A stretch of 63,485 bases of DNA, the filler included, from Kipferlia bialata (Eukaryota), in assembly GCA_003568945.1 (NCBI GenBank). It is 7 parts of 7 records of this genome, joined end to end, with 100 filler letters (N's around TTAATTAATTAA, not from the genome) between each part and the next. Parts side by side here need not be neighbours in the genome. Positions count along the whole stretch, not along the records: positions 1 to 12,522 come from BDIP01001074.1; positions 12,623 to 25,131 come from BDIP01001075.1; 5 more parts are not named here. One strand, 5' to 3'. This document shows positions 1-12,715 of this stretch, in pieces (position 1 is the first letter of the stretch; every line of letters begins with the position of its first letter). The notes beneath the pieces were generated by a model. The model was not told where the DNA came from. It saw only the letters and a program-made list of their open reading frames with translations, and did no database searches. Position numbers and translations under genes: made by a program.

Positions 1-51
<51 letters not shown>

Positions 52-55
52 CTAC

Positions 56-991
56 CTTAGGCACATCCTCGCCCTGCTCAGGAGGGTACTCGTCCGGCAT
101 CTCCGAGGGTGGGCCCTGCCCTGGTGGGTACTCTGACATCTGGGAGATATCACCCATCTGCTTGCTCCTCTGGAACCCTGCCCTGTTCACAGCTATGGGG
201 GGAGAGGAGACACCAGGGGGGTACTCCGACATCTGAGAGATATCGTTGGCGGCCTTGGGCTTGTCAAACCCAGAGGCTGCGGCACGCTTGGGCTTGCGAG
301 CACCACCGAGCTTAGGCTTGGGGGCCAGAGGCTTAGAGGCCTCGGGGGGTGGACCCTCACCAGGAGGGTACTCAGACATCTGGGATATATCGTTAGATGG
401 CTTGGTGGCAGATCTGAACCCTGCCCGGGGGTCCTTAGGAATGGATGCCTCGGGAGGGGGGCCCTGGCCAGGTGGGTACTCAGACATCTGGGATATGTCG
501 TTGGAGGGCTTAGTACCTGACCTGAATCCAGCACGGGGGTCCTTGGGCACATCGACCTCTGCGGGTGGGCCACCACCTGGTGGGTACTCAGACATCTGAG
601 AGATGTCGTTTGCCGGCTTCTTGGCAGACCTGAATCCAGCCCTGGGGGAGGGAGGCTGGGAGGAGGCCTGGGCAGCGGATACAGGTGGTGGGGAGACCTG
701 GTGAGCGGGGAGGGCTGCACTCTCGACGCCAGCCTCGGGGCTCTCTCTCTGGACATGTGTGGGCATGGGAGTAGCAGCCACAGGCATTGATACCTCGGGT
801 GGTGGGCCCTGGCCAGGTGGGTATGCGGACATCTGGGATATGTCGTTGGGGTCCTTGGCCTTGGCAAATCCGGACCTGACTGGGAGAGGGACGTCCTCAG
901 GGGGACCCTGACCCGGGGGATACTCGGACATCATGGATATGTCATTGGCCGCCTTGGGGCCGCCACGAATGGGCCGGTCATCACCGTCCAT
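56..991 (-). CDS. First exon of a hypothetical protein with tandem DISQMSEYPPG repeats (3' partial; absent from the ORF track)
   Basis: ATG at 991 reads MDGDDRPIRGGPKAANDISMMSEYPPGQGPP... The repeats stay in frame, and the exon ends at a phase-0 donor AAG|GTAGC at 56/55 (936 nt) before the terminal G tract. Confidence 0.8.
80..945 (-). repeat. Coding repeat array: seven copies of (N)DISQMSEYPPG(Q/E/G)G plus one degenerate copy (SEMPDEYPPEQG)
   Basis: Plus-strand motif gggtactcagacatctgggatat recurs near 125, 218, 365, 473, 580, 817 and 915, with a degenerate copy near 85. Confidence 0.9.
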
Positions 992-1293
992 CACACGAAG
1001 GCCTTGCGGTAAAGAATGGGGGCAGGTAAGTCGCTGCTTCTTGTGCCTCTGTCACTCTCTTCCCTTTGAGTGTGGAGACACAATGGGAATCTTGGCCCTG
1101 CTGGTGTTTTGCGGCTAAACCCTTTGGTGGCAAGGTTTGTGAATTAAGGGTGTATCGATTGGTATCAAATCCAGCTCCTGGCTTGCGGTATCGGTGTGCT
1201 CTTTACTAGGCCTAGACATACGACGAAGGACTACGATCTCTGGAGTGGAGTATCCTTGGACACTGCCTATTATTGGGGATTTCTCAGCCCAAT

Positions 1294-1963
1294 ATGTCAA
1301 CCGGCTATTCCGTGGTCACCTTCCTCACTACTGAGACTGCGTTGCTGTCCATATACCAATTCATCATCACTCTCTACTGCACTGTTCGGTATGGCTTGAA
1401 GGACAGAGAGAACCGGAGGAGTCATAGAGACGCCCAGCGGAGGGCCACGCGTACAGGTGAGTGTTGAACCAGCCACCTGACTCTGTGACATTGCCATATG
1501 CTACCTCCATCTACTAACATCGTCTCTCTCTCCCTACTTACTGGGTAGGCTCCCTCTTTGGCCGCCTCTTCCCCAAGATCGTGTGGGCATACTATGTCGT
1601 GGCTCTGCTCAGTCCTGTTCTCAAGCTGGGTGAGTGTTATTGCATCATGTTGGAAGTAGCATTTGTATTGACTTGTTTCTTTTGTTGAGTCTTACCCCAG
1701 CCCTACCTCTGCAGAGCATACTGTCTGGCGCAGACAGCTATATGGAGGCACTTATGGTGGCAGAGGTATCTCTCCTTCAGTGTTTGACTTCATCATAGCC
1801 ATATAATATACACTCTATCCATATCCATATCCCATATACTTATGCTTACAAGCCAGTACATTGTGCAGATACTGTACTCCATCCATGAGTCTCTGGCCCT
1901 TATAGCCGTGTCTGTCACATTTGGCAGTGCCCTGCTTCGACCCTCAGCCATGAGGTGGGTACT

Positions 1964-1997
<34 letters not shown>

Positions 1998-2147
1998 GGA
2001 TGCACCGCCTCACCCTCAGTAAAGTGTTCAGAGCTGAACTCTCCCTAGCACTGTTCCTGGTGGCATTCAGCACCCCAGTCTGCATCATCCTTATCCACGA
2101 TGCCTCGTGCTACTATGCTGGGGTACGGGCCGTGTATATACATACAT

Positions 2148-2188
<41 letters not shown>

Positions 2189-2947
2189 GGCTGTTAACGT
2201 GACCTGACCCCCAGGAGGAGTGCTGGCCGGATGGGGCATGGTTCAGTCCGGCAACAGACACAGTGCTACAGGTGAGTCTGCTATATATATATATCACAAT
2301 GTATACCCCCCCCCCCCCCCTTCTTGTCCTCATATGTATAATAGTGATATGTACTAATACCAGTCCCTAGTTGTTGAGTACAGGTCCATAGTGCAGACTG
2401 GGTTGCTACTATTAGCCGTGGTATGGTTCCAGATGAAGTATCAGTATCAGTATCGGTTAATTGATTATCAGATAATAATCTATTGCTCCTCCTGGATCAG
2501 ATAATAATGCTGTATAATCTATTATCAGTTAGAGAAGTTAGACAGTATTGGTCAGTATTTACTTAATACTGATGGCAAGGTATGGTTCCAGATGAAGGCT
2601 AGACGCCTTGCCAGGAGGGTGGCAGTCAAGGGGAAACGCAACAGAAAGATCACCTGGGTCATTGTGATGCTGGCCATATCCACTGGGCTGTTCTGGTGAG
2701 TCTCTCTCTCTCTCTAAGTATATATTACTATGTATACTCTGTCCAGTTCTGTTGCTATAGGTATTCTTGCCCTCTCTGACCCAGGTATGTCCAGCACTAC
2801 GTCAACTCCTCAACCACCCTCGCGGCATCTGCCGTCCACCTCCTCTTCGGTGCCCTTGATGCCACCCTATGGGCCATACTACTGGCACCTGTTAGGACAA
2901 TCAAGAGGCCTAAACCTAGCCTCGAGGGGCCTCTTGCAACGGTGTGA
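1294..2947 (+). CDS. Multi-exon, multi-pass membrane protein (hypothetical)
   Basis: Spliced frame MSTGYSVVTFLTTETALLSIYQFIITLYC... / GSLFGRLFPKIVWAYYVVALLSPVLKL / YIVQILYSIHESLALIAVSVTFG / ...KITWVIVMLAISTGLFW / YVQHYV...HLLFGALDATLWAILLAP...ATV-TGA(2945-2947). Several hydrophobic helices; one internal exon phase is unresolved. Confidence 0.65.
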
Positions 2948-3428
2948 TGCAGTGAGGAAGAGTTTTGTATCATATCGTTGTTTGTGCGCCTCTTGGTCGA
3001 TAGGTGTGGTTGTTTTCAGCGTGGCTCTCCTTTTGCCACCAAGTATTGCACCTGTCAATATATAGCCGTGTTCCTGATGGTATCGAGTAGATCTAGAGAT
3101 CAAGACAATTGTTTGCTGTTGAGTATACTTGGCTTCCCACCATTCAACAGCTAGAGGATGACAACTAACATTGCAATGCGACTTGATTGGAATGCGAGGC
3201 GGGTTAATCACGTCCTGGGAGATAGATCTTTGTCTAGGAGACCAAGACTAGGACCCAGCGTAGTATATGTATAAACCCTTAGAATCCACTTGCAAAAATC
3301 GAGTTCAGAAACACTGCTTGCCTTCTGGAAACCGCTCCCAGCTCTCCTGAAACTGCCATGGACGGAGAGCATCACAGCTATTTTTATACCTTGTGCTAGG
3401 ACTGCTGTTGGGTAGGGTAGGCCACGAC

Positions 3429-5598
3429 ATGGCAAAGGCTCTAAGTGTCGCCCGGCAGTACACCCTTGGCCTGTGGCTGACTAACCACTTGGCTGACCCA
3501 TGTACGTGTGTGTATGTAGAATTAGATATATTCAGTGCTGCTTCAGTCACCTGCTACGTATTGAGAATAGTTATACAATGGTATATAGGTTGACGTATCC
3601 GTCAACGCAGAGATGTATGTCTGAACTACACCGATACCGATATGTGCATGACCGTAAATGTGCCCAACACTCACACTGGCGCACTTGGTACTGACTCCCA
3701 GATCTAGACGATAAGGATATCAAGGAGCTAGTAGAGAGCACCGGCCTGGCCAAGTCTCAGGTGCATAGCCATATGTGGCACACACATACACATTCATTCT
3801 CTCTCTCCACTGTCACTCACAAGTCAGATCCGCACCTGGCTGCGGAACCACAGAAACAGGCTGAACATCAAGTAAGTGCCCATGCCCACTTCTCTCTTCA
3901 CAAGTATCTCAACTCTCCTCGTCCCCCATGCGTTCTGCCTCCCCTCTCTCCCCTCTCTCCTCTCTATCCTCTCTATCCTCTCTCTCTCTGTCTCTCTCCC
4001 CCCCCCCCTTATCCCAGGATAGATGACCAAGTCCAGGACATCAGGCGCAGTGTGCTGGCCTCCTCCTCCCCCTCCCAGTCTGCATCCCCCAAGACTGTCT
4101 CTGGTCCAGAGTGCAGGTCACCCTCTGCCTCTACCTCAGGGTCCAGGACTTCTACTGCCGGGGAGTCACCTGTCCCATCTGCCGCACAGTACCACCCCCT
4201 CCTATTAGAGTGGCTGTCCCTCCTGGGTGGTGTCATACAGGCCAGGTGGAAGCACACGGGGGAGCCGGCATACATCACGTGAGTGGCAGCATATATTTTA
4301 TAGGCTCTATCCTCTCTCTCTCTCTCCCTTTCTCGCTCTCGCTCTCTCTCTCTCTCGCGCTCTCTCTCTTCCTCCCCCTTTCTATCCTTCTTGACCCCAG
4401 TATGGCCAATGGCGCCAGGCGGGCTGTATCCAGACACAAGGTGCCGGTGGTACCTGTCCAGATATTCAAGGTAATAGTATATGTATCTAGTAACGTCACT
4501 ATGCTGACCCTGATATTCCAGGATGATGCAGAGAGAGAGCGCCACACTGCCCCCCTTTCACAGTTAGATGAGGAGGAGTGGGTGAGACAGAGGGCAGACC
4601 AGGTGGAGAGGCAGCGCAAGAAGGCCGCTGAGGTCAGGAACAAGGTCACATCTGCAGTGAGGGCCAGGAACGACAGGGTTAGCAGGGGTGTCGTGGCACA
4701 ACCTGTGGACATACATGCTGTACGCTCTGCTAGAGGGACTAGAGGGACTAGGGGTAGTAGGGGTTCCAAGGCTGGCAACACTAGTGCCACCGCCGGCCCT
4801 CGCAGTGTCGCTGACATCCTGGGCCAGCCCGACCTATCCACCCTGACCATGGACTCTAGTGTGTGGGGGGGCGCACTCTCACTGTGGCAGAACGCCCCCC
4901 TGCCAGGGCCCCTCCCTCCCCCACCCACCCCTGGGAGAAAGGGTGCAGAGGGAGAGAGAGAGGGAGAGAGGACCATCCAGTGCCACACCCCTACTCCTGT
5001 GCCTACACCTGTGGCAATGAGCCCTGCCGTGTCTACACGCAGTATGCCCTTCCCCTTCAGGGACCCGGCCTCCTTCTCTGCGTCTCTCTCTCTCTCCCGG
5101 TCGCAGGCCCCCGACATCTACTCCCTCCCTCCCCCTCCCTCCCCGCCATGTCTTCCTGCAGACTATAGGATGTCCATATCACCTGTGGGAGGGAAGCCCC
5201 TCTTAGATCATACCGCCCAGCCCAGCCATCTACCCATGGTCGACATGTCTGAGCCACCCCTCCCTGGGCCTAGTGTGTATGCCCAGCCTCTACTGTCTAC
5301 TAGGGTGTGTGCACAGGCACCTGTCCCACCCAGACCAGGGCGTCGATACATACACGTGCCAAGCGTCGTATCTGAGAGTGCCCAGCCTGTGGTGCCCTCC
5401 TCTCTCCTCTCATCTGGACCCCCTAAGCAGAGAGTCAAGGCCGTGCCAGAGCAGGACACCCCACCGGATAAGGTCAGGGAGGGGGTATCAGTGTCCATGG
5501 TCACACCGTTAGACACTGGCCCCTACCTCTCCCTCCCTGACATCAATGCCCCCACCAAGCCCACACCCCCTCTGGCAAAGAGAGCAGCACAGTGGTAG
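3429..5598 (+). CDS. TALE-class homeodomain transcription factor with a long Ser/Pro-rich C-terminus
   Basis: Exons 3429-3501, 3702-3760, 3828-3871 and 4018 onward splice in frame to MAKALSVARQYTLGLWLTNHLADPYLDDKDIKELVESTGLAKSQIRTWLRNHRNRLNIK. This matches the TALE pattern W..H..(H/D)PY...L...TGL...QI..W..N.R.R. The gene continues into the 4111-5598 ORF. Confidence 0.85.
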
Positions 5599-5981
5599 GG
5601 ACTGAGAGAGTGAGAGACGATGTTCTTGTTGGTCGATGTTGCGCCTTCAATGTGTTTGTGTTTGTGTGTGATTGCCATTCTTGGCTGTTCTGAGTGGGTA
5701 TGTGTGTATGCGTGTGTATGTGATGCTTTGTATTGTTTCTGTTTGCGTGGTCTTTGTGTCAAGGAGATACAGCCTGTATTAACTGTATGGCCTCTCCTTG
5801 TGTATGCCTCCCTTTGGACATGTGTCCAGAGTGAATAGATGTCTTGCTTCTAGTTGTCTTATTGTGGGATCTCTCTATACACAGTCCTGGCACCTACGTC
5901 TATATCATGTATATCATAGCCTCTAGAGCATAGACACTGTCTATCTACTGTCTATTATTGCCCCAATAGCACAGACAGTAC

Positions 5982-6298
5982 CTATATGCTGTCTCCCACC
6001 ACCGTCTGTCTCTGTCTGACAGTGGTGGTCCCCTCCACCTCTCCCACCGTGATGCCCAGGTGTGTAGATACACCACTGTGCATGAGGGTGCTGGCAGGGT
6101 CCACATACCTAGGGGTGAGGGATATAGACATTAGTATATGGCATGTATACACTACACCCACCTTGCCAGCACTGCGAGTCCGTCTCTGTCGTCCACCAGT
6201 GGCCTGTCTGTGTCTAGAGAGACCAGGGCAAAGCCTGCCTGTCTGTAGAATGACATGACACTGGCAGGCAGCATGGAGGCTAGAGGCACACCTTGGGG

Positions 6299-6339
<41 letters not shown>

Positions 6340-6929
6340 CTTGAGCAAGTGAGTAGGCATATATATATATATACATATACAGGTGTATACGTACCCACTG
6401 CATCACTCATGCCGGACAGTCTGTCCAGGAGGGCATGGCCCAGACCCTGGCCTGACATCAGGGAGAGAGAGAGAGTCATTGCACTGCAGACTCCCACTAT
6501 CTACTAACCTCTCCTACTTCAATACCATATAGCATCACATAGATATAGATCCTAACCTCTCGCCCCACTGGCCACACACACACAGCACATGTACACGTAC
6601 TGGGAGCTCTTGATGTACTCGTTCCCATACACAATGTCCATCAGTCTAGACACCCCCTTGGCTGGGCTACCCAGTGCCTGAAGGGAGGCACGGAGGGTGC
6701 GCTCCAGAGATGTGAGGAGCCAGGGGGCACAGTAGAGAGCAGCTGCCACGGGGGGTGCCCTAGGGTGAACATAAGATTACATATATACAGTGACACGATA
6801 TGGATGAGTGAGCTGACTACCTCTTACTGCTGCCGTCTCTGATGACCAGGACGCCCCCGTATGCCGCAAAGGAGGATACAAGGGCAGTGGCTAGGGAGAA
6901 GGCCACTGACCTGGGGACAGGGGCCTGGG

Positions 6930-6968
<39 letters not shown>

Positions 6969-8298
6969 TATCTCCATATAGAGGGTAACTCCCCCTCTAC
7001 CTGTGGAGTGGTCTGACTAGGCTTGTGCTTGGACCCTCCCCTCTTGGAGGTGAGGGCAGAGAGAAGGGGGCCGGACAGGAAGAGAGAGCCTGCAGGGTGA
7101 GAGGGCCTCATGGGACCATATACACACTCTAATACACCAATATACCTAGTATGCTTGACACGACTGCTATGTCTGCGCTGGTGTATGGGTGGCAGTGCGT
7201 GGATGTCTGAATGCGAATGGGCTGGGGTGCGGCCATGATGCTCTGGTACACAGCCTGCACATCAACAAGACCCCCTACATGGGACACACACAGAGAGTCC
7301 CCGCCACCTGCCGCAAAGAGAGACTCGCCCAGCGTCTCACTCTCACTCTCACCCTGCTGCTGGCGTTGGGCATCTGCCTCCAGCTGACGCTCTCTCTCCA
7401 TCTCCCTCTCCCTTGCTGCCGGTGTGAATGCCGCCTGCTGCACCTGGCTGTCAGTACCAGTATCTATATACTATATCTATATATTGTATCTATTTACTAT
7501 CAACTGGTACTGCTACTTCTGTACCTTCCTATCCACCACCCGCTGCTCCCTCTCCCTGAGGGTATCCATGTCCGGCAAGGTCTGAGCAGAGAGCCTCTCC
7601 TTCTCTCTCCGCTGCACCCTCATCCGCTGCCTCTCCCTCTCCTCCTCTCCCTCCCAGAGAGATGCAGAGAGAGACTGCGTGGAAGAGACAGTCTCCTTGG
7701 CCTGGCGTCAGATAATGAATAGTGCCACTGTACTATATACAATATATAACAGATATGATTGTGCAGGCGGTACCTTTGTGAGGTATGGGGACTCGTATAT
7801 GGGCGATATGAAGTGGTTGGTGCTGTCCGTCTGGGGCACCCGTCTACCCTGCACACACTCTGTGTCTGCATCTATAGGGTCAGGACTGAAATGGTCGGGG
7901 GAGGCCACGCCCTCTGGTGAGCATGCCATGGCCCCCTCTGCCACACCACCTTGCTCAGTAGTGGCACCCCCCTGTCTATCCGCCTTGGTGTATGATGGGA
8001 ACCACACCAGCAGGGCCAGGCTCTGTGAGGACGGGTCCACCCCAGCGGCCTGCCCCACCTCCACACCCTCCCTCATACACACACCCTGAGTAGGTGGGTG
8101 GTTAGCACCCTCTGGGAGCATAGGCGGGGTTGCCAGACACACACTGAGGGGTCTGAACCCCATACCATATACGCAGTCACTCATGGCACCCACGGCATGG
8201 CAGACAACACCCTCGTGGTGGCCCAGCCTGCCCATGTGCCGCAAAACAGGGGTCAGCAGGGCAGACACAACACCCTGGGGGTAGACAATGTGGGTGGG

Positions 8299-8346
<48 letters not shown>

Positions 8347-9047
8347 CTGGTATGGGTCACATAGCAGCATGGGAATGGTGAGTGGCAGTGACAGGTTGGT
8401 ACTGACAGGGGTGTCGGCAAGGGCTAGGTATCTGAGGTAAAAGGGAGTTAAGACAATCAAGAATGAACAGGACTAGGTCTCCGGGAGTTAGAGAGTGGAT
8501 TGATACAGCCAGGAAGACACTCATACCTTCCCAGAATACTGGCTAGTGAGGGGTGTCTGAGTGAGGAGAGGGTGATGGCAGGCTCGGCCCTAGGTCTGGC
8601 GGCAACAAGGCCCATCACATCATTGTCCTGATGTTGGTATATATATTATGATGTCACTGATACTCATACTGCCACCATTGTCCTGATTGAATGAGAGGAG
8701 ATTAGACCTCCCTGGGAAGATTATGACATATCTGTGAAGGGGGGGGGGGAGAGGGAGAGAGAGATAGTGTATACCTTGTTCAGGGCCACATACACCAGCC
8801 CACTCCCAGGCCTCTCCATCAGCACCTGTACACAGTGTTCCCCCATCCACGCGGCACCGTCAGCAGACAGCGAGGGGGAGAGGGAGCTCATGGAGGAGCA
8901 TAGCGGGAGGCGCCTGGCAATGAAGCCTACAATGGAGGCCCTGGGCAGAAACGATGCCGGGATGACCCTGATCGACCCAGAGTAGTCAGTGGGCACACCT
9001 GAAGGGATATCGGCACCCAGGCTCCCGGGTGGAGCTCCACCGGTCAT
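5982..9047 (-). CDS. Multi-exon hypothetical protein
   Basis: ATG 9047 (MTGGAPPGSLGAD...VYVALNK|) joins canonically to GGLISSHSIRTMVA| and DNDVMGLVAARPRAEPAITLSSLRHPSLASILG|. Further GT-AG-bounded exons run to ...RQTVVGDSI-stop at 5982. No family recognised. Confidence 0.6.
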
Positions 9048-9219
9048 GCTAGGAGGCCCTGTTGATGCGGCCGGGGCTGGATCACGGTACTAAACGGAAC
9101 CGGACCCTGTACTGTAGATATATATCATAGACAGACGCTGAGGTCATCTCTCGGGTCTCTACTGCTGAAGCTGGTGGCCCATATCACAGAGACAAGCAAG
9201 TCACTTCGGCCTCCAGAGT

Positions 9220-12200
9220 ATGGAGGGGGTCTATTGCTTGGCAGTACCCATCATCATGCTGTTAGAGAAGCAGCAGAGAGACACTGTGTCTGCAGAACAT
9301 TTTGATTCCGATTCGGAATCAAAATGGTTGATGAGCATCATGTTTGATATTCTCAGATGCTCACCCACCTCTCTTCAAGCCTTCCTCTGGGCTGTATGTA
9401 TAGTTCACTACTTGGCGCTCACAGAGAATACATCTAGAGACACGAAGTATTCACAGAGCCTGTTCGTGTCCGGGTTGTTGCAGGTGAGTATATTATTATA
9501 CTACAACTGAGATATGTGTTGTTGATCATTCTGCCCTGACAGTATTTAGTGTCACTCAGGCTTCTCACTTTTATGACTCAAGCAGGTAGTGTGTTTCTGC
9601 TTACCTCTCTTGACTCCATTAACGCTCTCTAAGGGATGTGGAGTCCCTTCCCAATTGATACACTTATTGGTCCATACACATACACTGTTTGGTGCATATA
9701 ACTCTCTATTGCTTGTGTGTTGCTTCAAGTCATATATGTTGCCATTGTTCTAATATCAGGTGAAACCAGGGTAGCTCTGACATGGCTCCTGATGCAGATG
9801 TGCTTCCAGTGCTTGGATCCGATACAAGTAGTCAACAGGTTTGTGTTGCTGTGCCAATATAGAGTGGTGTATGTTGTGGAGTCACATATATATGTGCATT
9901 TGGATGTGTATATGTGTTAGTTGTGCTTGTGAGTAGCAGTACATGAATTCTTACTATTCTTACTATTCTTACCCCAGAAAGACTCTGCTATTGGCCACTT
10001 GACGATATGCCGGGAGAGACCTGACCTCCGTGACCCCCTAATCCGCTACATGGGCTCAGAGATCGCTAGGCTATGCACTGAGGTGGAGAGAGTGACCCTT
10101 CTTGACAGTGGCAAGTTCCAGGTTGTCCATGGAGATGTGCTTCCCCTACTGCCTGCTTCTACTGATACTTCTCCTTGCTGTGTGCCCTTCGTCCTCAGTG
10201 ATGTGGGACCATTCTCAGATGCCAAGCTGGTACTGGGTGATAGTCAGCTCAGGGCCCTCTTTGCACGCAGTGTGCGTGGGCTATATACCTTGCACAGGTC
10301 TGGTATTGTGCACAATGACATCCACCGCGGCAATATCATTGTGGTGCCCGATGAGACGGGATCTGCCTTCTTCCCAGTCTTCCTCGACTTTGAGGCCGCC
10401 TACATTGTACCCGGTCACTCCCTTTTAGAGGGGGCCAAACATGCCCTGCTGAGGGATATGTGTATAGATATGGAGTGTGAGGGTGACCCATTCAGCTGCG
10501 GTACCCTGCCTGAGCTGAGTGAGGCAACCTCTCAGTTCTATGGGGTGCTCACATACGCATCCCGAGACACTCACGCTGGGGTCAGAGACAGCATCCTCAA
10601 GGACCTGGAGGCTCTTGTCTACTCATTTGCCGTTGCAGCTGGGGCCAGGCTCCCTTGGGTTAAGGAGTGTGACTGTTCTGACCCAGACTACATGAGTGTA
10701 TACCAGATGAAGCTCTCTCTTGCTGCAGACGTTGTGAGGGGTATCGCCCCCGAGGGTTGGCCAGAGTGGCTGGTGGCTACCTACAGTGCCATGCTTTACT
10801 GCTCTGTGCCACTCGAGGGTACATTCCCTCTTGTAGACGGTGCTGAAATGACCCCTGAGGCCAAGATTGGGCACCTAGCCGATATGCAGTACGAGATTAT
10901 ATTGGAGTCTCTTGTGGAGGCAGATGGTGACGCAGTTGTCGTACCGCGTCTCTGCCCTCTGGTTTCTGGACCCAGCATAGAGACGGAGAGGTTGAAGCAG
11001 CCCCATCTGAGTATTGAACCTAGGTCTGTCACTGGTGAAGAAGAGGTCGTGGTTACTCTTGCCAGTAGTACTAGGGTGAGGGATGGAGATATGTCCGGCG
11101 TACCAGTGACGCGCCCTGCCACCACACCCACCTCTCTTGAGAGGCTCACGTCAATGATATGTGCCCAGTGCTTCAGCAGAGAGGAGGATCGTGCTTCAAG
11201 CGTTGCCTGCTCTAGACTGTCGGGGCATTCCCCTCTGTCCTACTTCCCCGGCCAGAGTCTCACCCTGTCCAACTGGTTTGTTCCTCACCAGACTAACACT
11301 GATGGCTGGATAGCTTCCGATACGGTGGCATTCAGGCCATGGGTGACAGTGCCCAATGCTAGTATCGCTGCAGCGGTATCCTTGGAGGCTCTTGGGGAGG
11401 ACGGTGATTATAGGGCCATGTCGCCCTACATAGAGCTTCCCAGTGTGACATACGATATGGATTCCATAGCAGTGGCGTGTCATGCAGACTCTATGGGGAG
11501 ACACACCTCCCTTTCTCAGCATCTTCTCATCGAGACAGTTGCTGTGCCATGCAATGATCGCCGACAAGTGCGTGCCCACCTGCGTTCTGTCGAGCAAAGA
11601 CTCTCTCTATCCAGAGAGAGGTACTGTTTCCGCATGGGAGAGGTGGAGAGGGTATCCGAGCCTGGGATGCAGATACTGAAGTATCTTCCGCTGAGTGCTG
11701 TCCTAAAGACAACGGCTGTGGTGGTGCTGGTAGGGTCTAGAACAGCAGTGGAAGCAGCCCGTAGACACTTGAGTGACGACCTCCACAACATATCTCAGCC
11801 TGGTCTGACAGAGTTAGCCTATCTTGGCCGTCTCTATGTGATGCACCTCGATATGAGCTCTCAGTGCATCGAGGAGACACCAGCATGCACACTGACCCTT
11901 ATGACAGAGTGTCTGGTACAGTCTCTGAGGTACATGCACGACACCCACCCACACTGCCGACTCCTGGGGTCTAATGAGTGGTACATCCAACAGAGTGAGG
12001 ATGGGACTGAGGAGGTGCTCCACATTACCCCAGGGTACATCACACTTGATGCTGAAGTGATGGACATCACTCTCAACACCATCAGTGACTGGGTCACCGC
12101 TCTTTCCCGGAGATTCGGTAGGGAGTCTATCCCCGTAAACGCACATGTGCGCCGTCTTAGGTGTGACTGGGATCTGATGAGGGATTATGGACCCTTTGGA

Positions 12201-12296
12201 CCCTCAGTGCCCCGTGCAGAGAGGGAGCAGAACCTTGACAAGGCCATGGCACTGCTACAGAGAGCCATCGATGGTTTGACTCAAGCTATACTCTAA
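9220..12296 (+). CDS. Atypical Ser/Thr protein kinase, CK1-like C-lobe, with a long unknown C-terminal region; final exon 9978-12296
   Basis: LYTLHRSGIVHNDIHRGNII (catalytic loop), FLDFEAA (DFG equivalent), GVLTYASRDTHAG...KDLEALVYSF...LPW (CK1-type GT.RYAS...DDLESLGY...LPW). Acceptor cttaccccag at 9977. The 5' exons from 9220 are uncertain. Confidence 0.75.
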
Positions 12297-12522
12297 GTTC
12301 TGAAGTAGAGAGGCTGGAGACGATGTGATATATCATTCCTTGGTTTGGGCATAACTGGAGAGTCCTTAAATATACGTTTGACACAAGCTCTCTTTCCTTA
12401 CGTCGTAACCGATGTATTCATTCTATGAGCCCTGTTTTGTATAATAGGACAACAGTAGTAATAAAAGTGCAGCTGAGATTTATTGGAAAAGAAGGGTCCA
12501 AAAACGCTGGATCCCAACACCC

Positions 12523-12622
12523 NNNNNNNNNNNNNNNNNNNNNNNNNNNNNNNNNNNNNNNNNNNNTTAATTAATTAANNNNNNNNNNNNNNNNNNNNNN
12601 NNNNNNNNNNNNNNNNNNNNNN
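12523..12622. other. Artificial contig spacer
   Basis: 44 N + TTAATTAATTAA (stops in all six frames) + 44 N. Confidence 0.99.
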
Positions 12623-12673
<51 letters not shown>

Positions 12674-12715
12674 CTAACCCCTCTCTCTCTCTATACATAT
12701 ACTCCTAACCTCTAG

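Noticed and set aside
1..51. Long G/C homopolymers at contig ends (also 25082-25131 and 44999-45052) as G-quadruplex or telomere-like elements
   Set aside because: They sit in introns at assembly breakpoints, their lengths are unreliable, and there is no telomeric repeat unit.
193..867. 224-aa ORF and the overlapping plus-strand ORFs in the ORF track
   Set aside because: Shadow frames of the DISQMSEYPPG gene, whose silent-site variation identifies the true frame.
1016..1293. Apparent spliced upstream ORF (ATG GGG GCA G|GTAAGT) ahead of the membrane-protein gene
   Set aside because: I could not join it in frame to the main CDS; it may be 5' UTR introns, and cannot be supported without cDNA.
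8625..8690. atcaggacaatg direct repeat suggesting a non-canonical intron on the minus strand
   Set aside because: A canonical GCA|GTATGA...catcag|GAC splice keeps the frame, and the two copies are read in different frames.
12567..12578. TTAATTAATTAA palindrome recurring six times within N runs
   Set aside because: Artificial six-frame stop linker in fixed 100-nt spacers; not biological.
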